From Candidatus Lloydbacteria bacterium (lineage in GTDB: Bacteria > Patescibacteriota > Minisyncoccia > Phycocordibacterales > UBA6899): a stretch of 64,000 bases of DNA. The first letter of the stretch is position 1; every line of letters starts with the position of its first letter. The notes below the pieces were generated by a model. That model was given only the letters and a program-made list of their open reading frames with translations, had not been told where the DNA came from and did no database searches. Positions 48,865-59,147 of the stretch are shown here, piece by piece. The translations under genes and the position numbers were made by a program. The stretch is from contig JAYSTI010000001.1 in the NCBI GenBank assembly GCA_043719805.1, forward strand, positions 4,161 to 68,160, written 5' to 3'.

Positions 48865-51800
48865 CGCTTGGACTATTTCGCGAGGAGGTAGGTCGTCTTC
48901 AGGATCATACTCCGGTTCAACCCGATTGGTATGAAACCCTGTTCCTGCCGGAATCAATCTTCCCAAGATAACGTTTTCCTTCAAGCCGTAAAGCTTGTCG
49001 ACGGAACCCTGGACTGCTGCTTCGATAAGGACGCGTGAGGTGTTCTGGAATGATGCGGCAGAAAGGAATGATTCCTTTGTGAGTGCCACATCGGTGATAC
49101 CGAGAACGAGCTGCTCGCCCTTTGCCTCTTCACCGCCTTCTGCCTTCACGCGGGCATTCTCGACATTGAGTGCCGACTCTTCGATGGTGTTGCCGATTGA
49201 GAATTTGGTATCACCAACATGCTTGATCTTTCGGCGTGAGAACATCTGGCGCACAATGACCTCGACGTGCTTACGGGAAATGGACGCACCTTGTGTCTCA
49301 TAAATCTTGTTGATTTCGGCGATGATATAGCGCTGTGCACGATCGAGTCCTCCAAACTTGTAGAGCTCGTCGATGTCGGCGTAACCATCGGTGATGAGGT
49401 CACCTGCCTTTACCGTAGCCCCAACTTTGACAAGTGGTGAACGGCGGAAGGAAACTGAGTGCTCGACTTCCTTGACCTCCTTCTCCTTCTTGCTTGATTC
49501 GTCTCCGAGGACAACGATGATGAGGTCGTCTTTTTCTCCATTCTTGATGTCGGACACGACACCGTCTATCTTACACACAACGGCTTGTGCCTTCGGTGTC
49601 TGGCGCTCAAAAATATCTTCAACGCGCGGAAGACCCATCGTAATGTCCTCACCTGCGGCACCACCGGCGTGGAAGGTACGCATCGTGAGCTGGGTTCCCG
49701 GCTCTCCAATAGCTTGTGCTGCGACGATACCGACAGTCTCTCCGAGTGCGACCATTGTGCCGCGACCGAGATCCATTCCGTAACACTTCTGACATACACC
49801 GCGGAGTGTTTTACAAACGAGGGGTGAGTGAACGAACACTTCATCGACGCCGGACATCTCGACGAGCTTTGCCTCATCGCGACCAAGAAGACTTCCCTTC
49901 TTGAAGATGACCTTTCCGCCAGTTCCGACAGCATCCTTTGCGAGGACACGTCCGCGACAGTTGCGGCCCATCGTGATCTCGATACCGAGTGCATTTTCCT
50001 TTGTGAGACGAATACCATCCTTCTCGCCACAATCTTCTTCGATGACGACAACGTCTTGTGCCACATCAACGAGACGGCGCGTGAGGTAACCGGCCTTCGC
50101 GGTATTAAGCGCGGTGTCCGTCATACCCTTACGTGCTCCGTGGGTTGAGATGAAATATTCGAGCGGTGTGAGACCTTCCTTGAGTGACGGTACCATCGGA
50201 AAATCAATGATGCGGCCTGACGGTCCCTGTGTGAGACCCTTCATGCCGACCATGAGTGAAACTTGCTTGATGGAACCACGCGCACCTGAGGTGATCATGT
50301 CCATGACGGGACCGTTGAGTGGCAAGCCGTTCGGCACCACTTTCTCGATCTCGTTCTGCACACGCGTCCAGATCTCAATGACCTTGCGATATTTTTCGTC
50401 TGCTGAGAGGAGTCCTTCTTCGTAGCTTTCCATGACTTCGAGTTCTTCTTTGCGAGCGGAGGCAACGATAGCCTTCTTCTCGGGAGGAACCTTCACATCG
50501 GAGAGGGACCATGTCACGCCGGACTTTGTGACGTACTTGTATCCAAAGGCTTTAATCTTATCCAAAGCCTGAGGAGTGCCATCGATACCATAACGCGTGA
50601 TGAGGTCGTCTACCATGTTGGCGAGATCCTTCTTGGTGACCACTTTGTTGATGAAAGGAAAATCTGAAGGAAGCACGGAGTTGAAGAGCAAGCGTCCAAC
50701 GGTAGTCTCGAATGGCTTTCCTTCGTACTGCTTATACTTATCGGTGTCTGTACCCATGACCTTTATCTTGGCGCGGAAACCGACGATGCCGAAGTCGTAT
50801 GCAGTGATAGACGCGTTTGGTGTTGCAAAGATCTTGCCCTCACCTTTCTCGCCCTCGACTATCTTGGTCATCCAGAAGCAACCGAGCACGATGTCTTGTC
50901 CGGGATTCACGACAGGATCTCCGGAACCAGGCTTCAAGAGATTCTTGTTTGATGCCATGAGTTCCTTTGCCTCTGCCTGTGCTTCGTCTGAAAGAGGAAC
51001 GTGAACGGCCATTTGGTCTCCGTCGAAGTCTGCGTTGAACGCGGAACACACGAGCGGATGCACTTGGATGGCGTTGCCTTCGATAAGTGTCGGATTGAAT
51101 GCCTGAATACCAAGACGATGGAGGGTCGGCGCACGGTTCAAAAGAACGTACTTGCCCTTGATGACGTCTTCCAAATTGCCCCACACTTCAGGAATACCTT
51201 CGTCGATAAGACGATTGGCACCGCGAATATTGAATGCAAGACCCTGCTCCAAGAGTTTTGCGATAACGAACGGTCGGAAGAGTTCCAGTGCCATGTGCTT
51301 TGGGAGTCCGCACTGATTCAATTTCAGGTCCGGGCCGACGACGATAACGGAGCGTCCGGAATAGTCGACACGCTTTCCAAGCAAGTTCTGGCGGAAGAGT
51401 CCTCCCTTTCCCTTGAGTGTATCGGCGAGTGACTTCAACTGACGGCGCTGAGTCTGACTCATTGCGGCAGATGTGGAACCGTGACGAATGGAGTTGTCGA
51501 TAAGCGCATCGACGGCTTCCTGCAAAATACGCTTTTCGTTTCGCAAGATGACCTCAGGTGCATCGATCTCGATAAGCTTCTTCAAGCGGTTGTTGCGGTT
51601 GATGACGCGGCGATACAAGTCGTTGACGTCGGATGTCGCGTGGCGACCTCCTTCGAGTGCGACCATCGGACGCATTCCCGGAGGAATAACAGGGATGGCG
51701 GTGAGGAACATCCACTCAGGACGAACTCCCGAGCGCAACATTGCCTTCACGAGTGAGAGTCGCTTGTAGAGCTTCACGCGCTCGACAGCTCCCGCCTTCT

Positions 51801-52512
51801 CAAGCGTGGTCTGCATGTGCGTCTGTAGTTTCTTGAGGTCGAGTTTCTGGAACATCGCGTACACCGCCTCAGCACCGATGCCGGCTTCGAATGCGGACGA
51901 ATACTTGAGTGAGTACTTGTGGTACGTCATTTCATCCAAGATAAGGCCGACGGAAATACCGTCGATCTCTTTCTTTGCGGCAGTCAGGAGCTCCTTCATC
52001 TTGTCCTTTGCACCCTTCGCCTCGAGCGACTTCACCTTTGATTTGTACTCATGATCGAGTAGCTTCAAAAGCTCTTCCTTCTCGCGCTCGTCCACCTTTG
52101 TGACGACGTATGCGGCGAAGTAGATGACCTTCTCGAGTTCGGCGACGGGGAGATTGAGCAAGAGTCCGATGCGGGACGGAATGCCGCGCAAGAACCAGAT
52201 GTGTGACACGGGGGCAGCGAGCTCGATGTGACCCATGCGATCACGGCGCACGATTGCGCGCGTGATCTCGACGCCACACTTCTCACAGATGATGCCCTTG
52301 TAGCGGATGCCTTTGTACTTGCCGCAGTAGCACTCGAAGTCCTTCTCGGGTCCGAAGATGCGCTCATCGAAGAGGCCTCCACGCTCACTGCGCTGCGTGC
52401 GGTAGTTAATTGTCTCAGGCTTGGTGACCTCGCCATGCGACCACTCTTTGATGCGCTCCGGCGAAGCAAGCTTGATGCCGATCGCGTTGAAATCTGTTGA
52501 TGGATTATTCAT
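48862..52512 (-). CDS. rpoC: RNA polymerase beta' subunit
   Basis: NADFDGD, LNRAPTLH, GEPGTQLTMRTFH, Zn finger. Confidence 0.99.
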   Translation of the reverse strand: MNNPSTDFNAIGIKLASPERIKEWSHGEVTKPETINYRTQRSERGGLFDERIFGPEKDFECYCGKYKGIRYKGIICEKCGVEITRAIVRRDRMGHIELAAPVSHIWFLRGIPSRIGLLLNLPVAELEKVIYFAAYVVTKVDEREKEELLKLLDHEYKSKVKSLEAKGAKDKMKELLTAAKKEIDGISVGLILDEMTYHKYSLKYSSAFEAGIGAEAVYAMFQKLDLKKLQTHMQTTLEKAGAVERVKLYKRLSLVKAMLRSGVRPEWMFLTAIPVIPPGMRPMVALEGGRHATSDVNDLYRRVINRNNRLKKLIEIDAPEVILRNEKRILQEAVDALIDNSIRHGSTSAAMSQTQRRQLKSLADTLKGKGGLFRQNLLGKRVDYSGRSVIVVGPDLKLNQCGLPKHMALELFRPFVIAKLLEQGLAFNIRGANRLIDEGIPEVWGNLEDVIKGKYVLLNRAPTLHRLGIQAFNPTLIEGNAIQVHPLVCSAFNADFDGDQMAVHVPLSDEAQAEAKELMASNKNLLKPGSGDPVVNPGQDIVLGCFWMTKIVEGEKGEGKIFATPNASITAYDFGIVGFRAKIKVMGTDTDKYKQYEGKPFETTVGRLLFNSVLPSDFPFINKVVTKKDLANMVDDLITRYGIDGTPQALDKIKAFGYKYVTKSGVTWSLSDVKVPPEKKAIVASARKEELEVMESYEEGLLSADEKYRKVIEIWTRVQNEIEKVVPNGLPLNGPVMDMITSGARGSIKQVSLMVGMKGLTQGPSGRIIDFPMVPSLKEGLTPLEYFISTHGARKGMTDTALNTAKAGYLTRRLVDVAQDVVVIEEDCGEKDGIRLTKENALGIEITMGRNCRGRVLAKDAVGTGGKVIFKKGSLLGRDEAKLVEMSGVDEVFVHSPLVCKTLRGVCQKCYGMDLGRGTMVALGETVGIVAAQAIGEPGTQLTMRTFHAGGAAGEDITMGLPRVEDIFERQTPKAQAVVCKIDGVVSDIKNGEKDDLIIVVLGDESSKKEKEVKEVEHSVSFRRSPLVKVGATVKAGDLITDGYADIDELYKFGGLDRAQRYIIAEINKIYETQGASISRKHVEVIVRQMFSRRKIKHVGDTKFSIGNTIEESALNVENARVKAEGGEEAKGEQLVLGITDVALTKESFLSAASFQNTSRVLIEAAVQGSVDKLYGLKENVILGRLIPAGTGFHTNRVEPEYDPEDDLPPREIVQA

Positions 52513-52528
52513 ATGGATGGTATGGCTA

Positions 52529-55500
52529 TTAATTGGTCTCCTCTTCTTTGATGTGCATAAGGTCGATGTCGAGCGAGAGTCCGCGGAGCGAATTCAAGAG
52601 GACATGGAATGTTGCAGGGAGGTTCGGCTCACGAATATTTCGTCCCTTCACAATTGCATCGAATGCTGCGGAGCGACCGAGAATATCGTCGGACTTTACG
52701 GTCAACATTTCGCGGAGGATATGAGCGGCACCATAACCCTGGAGCGCCCACACTTCCATCTCTCCGAAGCGCTGTCCTCCTCCTTGCGCCTTTCCGCCGA
52801 GCGGTTGCTGCGTGATGAGAGAGTATGGCCCGATAGAGCGCATGTGGATCTTGTCTTCAACCATGTGATGAAGTTTTAAAATATACATGTATCCAACAGA
52901 AATTTCTTGTTCGAATGATTCACCTGTGCGTCCGTCAAAGAGCTTCATCTTTCCGTCCTCACGGTATCCTGCACTCTTCAACTCTGCGCGAATTTCTTCT
53001 TCGGTGACACCCAAGAACGGCGGCGTAACAGCCTGATAGCCGTGCTTGTGCGCTGCGAGTCCCAAGTGGAGTTCGAAAATTTGTCCGAGGTTCATACGTG
53101 ACGGCACTCCGAGTGGGGTCAAGATAACGTCGATAGGTGTTCCATCCTCCTGGAAAGGCATTTCTTCGAGCGGAAGAATCTTTGAAATAACACCCTTGTT
53201 GCCGTGGCGTCCGGCGAGCTTGTCTCCAACGGAAATGTTGCGCAACTGCGCTATCTCTATATAGACACGCTTGATGATGCCCGACTCGAGATTGTCGCCC
53301 TTCTCGCGTGAGAATACCTTCACGCCGATGACGCGACCGCGCTTGCCGTGCTCCATGCGCAGTGATGTGTCTTTGACGTCGCGTGCCTTCTCGCCGAAAA
53401 TCGAACGGAGAAGTCGCTCCTCAGGTGTGAGTGTTGCCTCACCCTTTGGTGTAATCTTTCCGACCAAAATATCGCCGGGGCGCACTTCTGCTCCGATGCG
53501 TACGATGCCCTCGTGATCGAGGTCTTTTAACTTCGCTTCACCGACATTTGGTATATCGGGAGTGGTGACCTCGGGTCCAAGTTTGGTGTCGCGCACGTTG
53601 ACGACGAATTTCTCGATGTGAATAGAGGTGAGGACAGACTCACGAACGAGACGCTCCGAAAGAATGATGGCGTCTTCGTAGTTTGCTCCACCCCACGACA
53701 TGAATGCGACAAGTAGATTTTGTCCGAGCGCCATTTCTCCGCGGTCAGATGTCGAGGTGTCGGCAAGTACATCGCCCTTCTTTACCTTCTCGCCGACCGA
53801 AACGATAGGTCGCTGATGGTAGCAGTTGGCGTTGTTCGTCATGACGTAGTTCAAAAGTTTGTACTCTTTTTCATTACCCTTGTTGTCTTTGAAAACGATG
53901 TGCTTCGCGTCGACTTCCTTGATAACACCGTCCGCTTCTGCAATGACCACGCGACCGGAGTCGCGCGCGATGCGTCCTTCCATGCCGGTTGCGACGATAG
54001 GTGCAGATGGTGAGACGAGCGGCTCCGCCTGGCGTTGCATGTTTGAACCCATGAGTGCACGGTTGGCATCGTCGTGCTCCAAGAATGGAATCGATGATGT
54101 TGCGGTCGAAAATGCCTGATTGGTCGCAACATCGATGTAGTCCACCTGTGCGCGGTTCACAATACCCGGTGAGCCCTTCACACGTGCTTCGACGCGCGAT
54201 TCGAGCATCTTGTCGTCGCCGTAAGGCACAGCAGCGTGCGCGATGATGAACTGCTCTTCTTCAAGTGCATTCAAGTAGTCGATCTTGCCGGTGATGTGAC
54301 CGTCGTCCACCTTCACGTATGGTGTCTCGATGACGCCAAAGGAATTGGTGCGAGCGTAGGTTGCCATACGCAAGACGAGTCCAATGTTCGGACCTTCAGG
54401 TGTATGAATAGGACAAAGGCGTCCGTAATGGGAAGGATGCACGTCGCGGACCTCGAGTCCGGCACGCTCTTTGGTGAGTCCACCAGGACCCATCGCGGAT
54501 GTAGTGCGGAGATGCTCCACTTCGTCGAGCACATTTCCCTGACTCATGAGCTGTGAAAGCTGATTGGTCGTGAAGAATTCTTTGAGGCGGGCCTGAAGCG
54601 GTCGAGGAGAAACGAAATTGATAGGAAGCACAGTGTCGGTCTCAACGGTCGACATGCGGTCCTGAATATTGCGCTTCATCTGCGTCATACCGACACGAAG
54701 CTTTGCCTGGAGCATTTCTCCGACATAGCGTACGCGGCGCGAGCCCAAATGGTCGATGTCGTCTTCTTCTGCACCCTTCGTGTGGTTCAATTTTGCAACG
54801 TGAGAAACCGTCGACATGAGGTCGTCGAACGTGAGCACGCGCCCTTCGAGTGCCTTCTCCGTCATCGCCTTACCAAAGCGGCGGTTGAAACGTACGCGAC
54901 CTACAGGAGAAAGGTCATAGCGTTCACGCGCAAACATTGCGTCGATGAGTTCGCGTGCATTTGTCGTCGTCGTAACATCACCATCGCGGAGGCGGCGGTA
55001 GACTTCGATGTACGAGTCATCAAGGGTCTTGGCGGGATCCTTTGCGAGTGTCTTCTCTATATAGCGCTTTCCCTCAGGGTCACCCTCGAAGGCTTTGAGT
55101 ATCTCAGCATCACCGCATTGTCCGAAGACACGCAGGAGGCTTGTGACGGGGAACTTGCGCTTACGGTCGATCTTGACCCATACCACTTCGTCGGAGTCCG
55201 TCTCTATCTCTATCCATGCACCGCGCGCAGGAATAACCTTCGCTCCGAAGAAGCGACCGGCTTTCAATTCTTGTGCGGTAAAAAATATTCCGAACGAACG
55301 TGCAAGTTGAGGCACCACGACGCGCTCCACACCGTTCACGACGAATGTGCCGCGACTTGTTGCGATGGGAAAATCCGCCATGAAGACCTCCTGCTCCTTT
55401 ACGGTGCCGAGTGTCTTGTTCGTGAGGCGAACGCGCGCACGGAGAGGTGTCTCATACGAGACTTTGTTCTCACGAGCGAAGTGTTCGTCGAAACGAGGAG

Positions 55501-55699
55501 GTGAGAGTTCGAACCCGATGAACTCGAGATCAAATTTCTTTTTTGAATAATCGCTGATCGGGGAGAATTCTTTGAAGAGCTCCTTCAATCCTTCCGCCAC
55601 CAACCAATCGTAGGAACGCTTTTGCATCTCGACGAGATTCGGCATCTCTGCCAGCGAATCCTTATAGCGCCCAAAAAACTTCTTATTGATTGCCTCCAT
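52529..55699 (-). CDS. rpoB: RNA polymerase beta subunit
   Basis: GSNMQRQA, GDKLAGRHGNKG, GGQRFGEME. Confidence 0.99.
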   Translation of the reverse strand: MEAINKKFFGRYKDSLAEMPNLVEMQKRSYDWLVAEGLKELFKEFSPISDYSKKKFDLEFIGFELSPPRFDEHFARENKVSYETPLRARVRLTNKTLGTVKEQEVFMADFPIATSRGTFVVNGVERVVVPQLARSFGIFFTAQELKAGRFFGAKVIPARGAWIEIETDSDEVVWVKIDRKRKFPVTSLLRVFGQCGDAEILKAFEGDPEGKRYIEKTLAKDPAKTLDDSYIEVYRRLRDGDVTTTTNARELIDAMFARERYDLSPVGRVRFNRRFGKAMTEKALEGRVLTFDDLMSTVSHVAKLNHTKGAEEDDIDHLGSRRVRYVGEMLQAKLRVGMTQMKRNIQDRMSTVETDTVLPINFVSPRPLQARLKEFFTTNQLSQLMSQGNVLDEVEHLRTTSAMGPGGLTKERAGLEVRDVHPSHYGRLCPIHTPEGPNIGLVLRMATYARTNSFGVIETPYVKVDDGHITGKIDYLNALEEEQFIIAHAAVPYGDDKMLESRVEARVKGSPGIVNRAQVDYIDVATNQAFSTATSSIPFLEHDDANRALMGSNMQRQAEPLVSPSAPIVATGMEGRIARDSGRVVIAEADGVIKEVDAKHIVFKDNKGNEKEYKLLNYVMTNNANCYHQRPIVSVGEKVKKGDVLADTSTSDRGEMALGQNLLVAFMSWGGANYEDAIILSERLVRESVLTSIHIEKFVVNVRDTKLGPEVTTPDIPNVGEAKLKDLDHEGIVRIGAEVRPGDILVGKITPKGEATLTPEERLLRSIFGEKARDVKDTSLRMEHGKRGRVIGVKVFSREKGDNLESGIIKRVYIEIAQLRNISVGDKLAGRHGNKGVISKILPLEEMPFQEDGTPIDVILTPLGVPSRMNLGQIFELHLGLAAHKHGYQAVTPPFLGVTEEEIRAELKSAGYREDGKMKLFDGRTGESFEQEISVGYMYILKLHHMVEDKIHMRSIGPYSLITQQPLGGKAQGGGQRFGEMEVWALQGYGAAHILREMLTVKSDDILGRSAAFDAIVKGRNIREPNLPATFHVLLNSLRGLSLDIDLMHIKEEETN

Positions 55700-55765
55700 A
55701 ATCGAATAAGTAAACTATTAAATATCGGACATACGTAAATGGCGAACTTCTCACGCCGAGAATTT

Positions 55766-55820
55766 GACCCATTTTTCTTTGCGGTACTCGCTTAGAAAAA
55801 TGGAAATACTCTTTGTGGTG
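55766..55820 (+). repeat. structured repeat family B copy
   Basis: CCATTTTTCT..GTACT..AGAAAAATGG-AAATACTC-TTT-GTGGTG. Confidence 0.65.
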
Positions 55821-55873
55821 CATCCATTTTCGAATGTCCTCGCGCGTGAACAAAATGCGAAAGGTACAAATAG

Positions 55874-55999
55874 ATAGGAGTTTTACAAGTTGATGAAATT
55901 CGAGGCGTGGGGAAAGTATCGAGGAAAACATATTCATATATGTTGACCGAGATACAGGGACCCCACAACAAAGAAGTTCGCAATTTGTGAAAGTCCTAT
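55874..55999 (+). repeat. structured repeat family A copy
   Basis: Arms ATAGGAGTTTTACAAGTTG / CAATTTGTGAAAGTCCTAT; core GAGGCGTGGGG..CATATTCATATATGTTGAC..CCCCACAACAAAG. Confidence 0.75.
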
Positions 56000-56216
56000 A
56001 AACGCAAAAACACGGACTCGTGGTGAGAGTTAGTGTCTTATATTCCTCAAACGTATAAATATTTGCGCCTCGTGCGCATAGAGAGTGGCTATACTAAGGG
56101 TTATCCACCAATAACTCAATCAGGCCGTTAGTGCAAACAGTATAGATTAAGGCTTAATCTGCGTCAAGAGCTATACCTAGCGGTGGGGATAAGCAAGGGG
56201 AAAAACTGTGGACAGC

Positions 56217-56351
56217 AGGGCTTCCGTGTTCTGAAACTCATGTCAGTCGCCCCAGCCGGCGACTGCATTCTCTCTCAAGGGAAAATCCCGCCTCAGAAGG
56301 CAGGAACCATGCTTTTCCTCCTCCGAGGCGGTTTCAGAACACAGAAACCCT
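56217..56351. repeat. palindromic element
   Basis: AGGGCTTCCGTGTTCTGAAAC / GTTTCAGAACACAGAAACCCT arms; inner CAGTCGCC/GGCGACTG and CCGCCTC/GAGGCGG hairpins. Confidence 0.65.
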
Positions 56352-56418
56352 CGTCCGCGAGAGAGCAGAAGGATAGTTGTGTCTCCGAAAGTATCTGCTT
56401 TAAAATCGAGAAAACTAC

Positions 56419-58515
56419 CTATAGTCCATACTTAAATTTAAGCCACCCAAAAAACTTTGTCCACATGCCTTTCTCTTTATTTATATGGGGCGCATAAGGA
56501 GGAACTTGTGTTGTGTTTTCTATTGTAGTACTTGATTGATTATCTGATACTCGGGAAGCCGTCGGGGTACTCGCAAGTGTGAGGAGCTCCGATGGAAGCC
56601 AGCCGCTGTTACCATCGGGCATTTCGCCTCGATACCACACATCCTTGCTTCCATATTTTTCTCTTACAATAAATAGTGATTCATTTGGATATATTCCCTT
56701 AACATCACAAGTTTTTGAGGGACAGCTTCTTAGTGTTGCCGATGAAACAACGGTCATATTGGTTATGGGCGTCGATGTCGCAAGTTTCATATCATACGAA
56801 AAGACCGGTGTCGAACTCACTAGGATTACGGGTGGCTCAACATGGACTTTGGGCTTCGTGGTTTCCACCTTTGTGATTGGCAAACTCTTTTGAGGAGGTT
56901 CCTCACCAGATGGGCTCGGGATAAACGGGCTATCGTTGCTTGGAATATAGGGAGCTGTTACGGCCCTCGATACATCAATTGTTTTTACACCTGACTTATT
57001 GGATGCGGTTTGTATAATTCGGTCAACAATTTCCTTATTTGTGATTTTGGGAAAATTAGCCTTAATTAAAGCGGCGAGTCCGGCAACAATTGGGGCTGAA
57101 AATGAAGTTCCGCCCATGCTTGAATAAAATGCCCCATCTTCAAGTATGGGAACTCCCGTGGAAAGAATCTCGATACCCGGTGCATATACATCTGCACATG
57201 TTCCGTAATTTGCCCATCGCAGTACATTTTGCTGGTCATCAATACCAGAAACTCCCAAAACGGCATTCAGAGAAAGGTCGTTACAAACTGGAGATTGCGG
57301 AATATTCTTCAAATCGCCACCGATTGATTCTGCACTTTCTATATCTCCATTTCCTGCGGCAGCGACAATCACCACTCCCTTGTTGTATGCATATCGTACC
57401 GCTGCGTCATATTCGACTGAATAGCCCATAGTCCCACGTGACCCCAAACTCAAATTAATAACATTTGCACCATTATCTGCTGCGTACTTCATTGCCTTTA
57501 TGACGGCTTCCCTATTGCAACCACTTTTGTCACAAGCTATTAGCGACATGAGCTTGGTGTTCCTGGATATACCCGCGACACCTAGTCCGTTGTTGCTTTC
57601 CGCGCCAATAATTCCAGCAACGTGAGTGCCGTGAACTCCCTTAACCGTCATCTCTCCGCTCGCATCAATAAAATTCCATCCATACACATCATCGACATAG
57701 CCATTTTTGTCATCGTCTGCCTTATTTCCAAGAATTTCTTTTTTGTTTTCCCAAATGTTATTTTTTAAATCCGGGTGATTAAGATAAATGCCGTCATCAA
57801 TTACCGCGACCACAACAGCTGGGTTTGCCAAACTTATTCCCCACCCACCCTCCGCACCCACAACATCAAGGTAGTACTGTTTCGAAATCAAAGTATCATT
57901 AGTGCTTGGATGGGGCGCAAAAGAAAAACTCTTTGATACTGAAGTACCAACAATACTAAGTTTCACCACGGGAGACGTGCTCTCTGGCGCGGTAAAGCAT
58001 ATTTTATTATTTGTCCATGAAGCCGAAGTAATGCTTACTGAACCCACAATTAAATCTGATACCCCCTCCTTCCAGTTGTCCTCGCGCACCCCAAATGCAT
58101 TGCCGATGACACACATTCGCGACAACCCAGGATATATCTTATCTGGTGTAATGTTGAAAATCTCAGGAGCAGGCTGTGTTCGAATCTGTTTAATCTGACT
58201 TAATTCTCCGATCGAGTTACGAACAGTCACGTTATGCATTCCAGCGGAGATCGCAATTGGAATTTGAATAACTATTTTATCATCTTTCCAAGAGGAATTA
58301 TCAACGATGTTTCCGTCGAGGTAAACCGCCCCTTCATGCGTGCCAAACCCTGGGTAACCGGAACTGATAGACACATAACCGCCATTCAACCCAATGGCGG
58401 GATTAAATGAATATACAGAAGGTGCGCCAGGACTATAAGCGAAGACTGTTTGCGGACCAAAAAGAAAAAAGCAAATTAAAATGGCAATTGAGGCATGCTT
58501 TTTCGTTGATTTCAT
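56419..58515 (-). CDS. secreted S8 subtilisin-like peptidase with IPT/TIG-like and SH3-like domains
   Basis: VAVIDDG, HGTHVAG, AAAGN, GTSFSAP catalytic motifs; signal peptide. Confidence 0.92.
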   Translation of the reverse strand: MKSTKKHASIAILICFFLFGPQTVFAYSPGAPSVYSFNPAIGLNGGYVSISSGYPGFGTHEGAVYLDGNIVDNSSWKDDKIVIQIPIAISAGMHNVTVRNSIGELSQIKQIRTQPAPEIFNITPDKIYPGLSRMCVIGNAFGVREDNWKEGVSDLIVGSVSITSASWTNNKICFTAPESTSPVVKLSIVGTSVSKSFSFAPHPSTNDTLISKQYYLDVVGAEGGWGISLANPAVVVAVIDDGIYLNHPDLKNNIWENKKEILGNKADDDKNGYVDDVYGWNFIDASGEMTVKGVHGTHVAGIIGAESNNGLGVAGISRNTKLMSLIACDKSGCNREAVIKAMKYAADNGANVINLSLGSRGTMGYSVEYDAAVRYAYNKGVVIVAAAGNGDIESAESIGGDLKNIPQSPVCNDLSLNAVLGVSGIDDQQNVLRWANYGTCADVYAPGIEILSTGVPILEDGAFYSSMGGTSFSAPIVAGLAALIKANFPKITNKEIVDRIIQTASNKSGVKTIDVSRAVTAPYIPSNDSPFIPSPSGEEPPQKSLPITKVETTKPKVHVEPPVILVSSTPVFSYDMKLATSTPITNMTVVSSATLRSCPSKTCDVKGIYPNESLFIVREKYGSKDVWYRGEMPDGNSGWLPSELLTLASTPTASRVSDNQSSTTIENTTQVPPYAPHINKEKGMWTKFFGWLKFKYGL

Positions 58516-58590
58516 TCACTCAGCCTACTCCCCCATTCATCATTTGCCAATGCGGAAATGCGTGGAGGTATACATGCGTGCTTCAACTCG

Positions 58591-58869
58591 CTAACGAAAT
58601 AGTGCGTCGTGGGACCCGAGGTCGACAAGGAGAAGTACGAGGACGTTGTCGTGTTTCTGGTAGGTGAGAAGTATGTCGTTCTCGATATGGCATTCCCTGT
58701 AATTTTTCAATTCCCCCGTCAACTGATGATCGCGACGCTTCGCATTGAGTTTTTTTCCGGTAGCAAGTGCGTCGATTACCTCGTCGAGTTCATTCTGGTC
58801 AAAATCCTTGTGCCGCGAAACGCGCTTGTATGCCTTGCGATACGCCTTTGTTGATCGAATTAAATACAT
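58591..58869 (-). CDS. YafQ/RelE family mRNA interferase toxin
   Basis: RDHQLTG..RECHI..D.LL.Y..LGSH..LF. Confidence 0.92.
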   Translation of the reverse strand: MYLIRSTKAYRKAYKRVSRHKDFDQNELDEVIDALATGKKLNAKRRDHQLTGELKNYRECHIENDILLTYQKHDNVLVLLLVDLGSHDALFR

Positions 58870-58871
58870 GA

Positions 58872-59147
58872 CTAACCCATCTTTAAAATATCATCATGTA
58901 ATTCCTTCGCAGTGCGATAAGAACGACCGTGCTTAAGAGCGTCCTCCGCCTCTTTGATCATGACGCGCTTTTTCTTGAGTGACCAATAGTCAGCACTCAC
59001 CACAGGAAATGGAATCTCTTTTTTGTTGACCACCTGCGTAAGATAAAGTTTCACACCGGAGGACATATCTAGTCCCATGGCCTGAAAAGTCTTTTGCGCA
59101 GCGTCTTTGATTTTTTTATCAATACGAATTTGCAGTGTTGTATTCAT
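58872..59147 (-). CDS. RelB/DinJ family antitoxin
   Basis: LQIRIDKKIK..A...F..MGLDMS....LYL......IPF. Confidence 0.9.
   Translation of the reverse strand: MNTTLQIRIDKKIKDAAQKTFQAMGLDMSSGVKLYLTQVVNKKEIPFPVVSADYWSLKKKRVMIKEAEDALKHGRSYRTAKELHDDILKMG

Noticed and set aside
45372-55550. Many short ORFs overlapping rpoD, dnaG, rpoC and rpoB
   Set aside because: Alternative-frame or antisense shadows of conserved genes.
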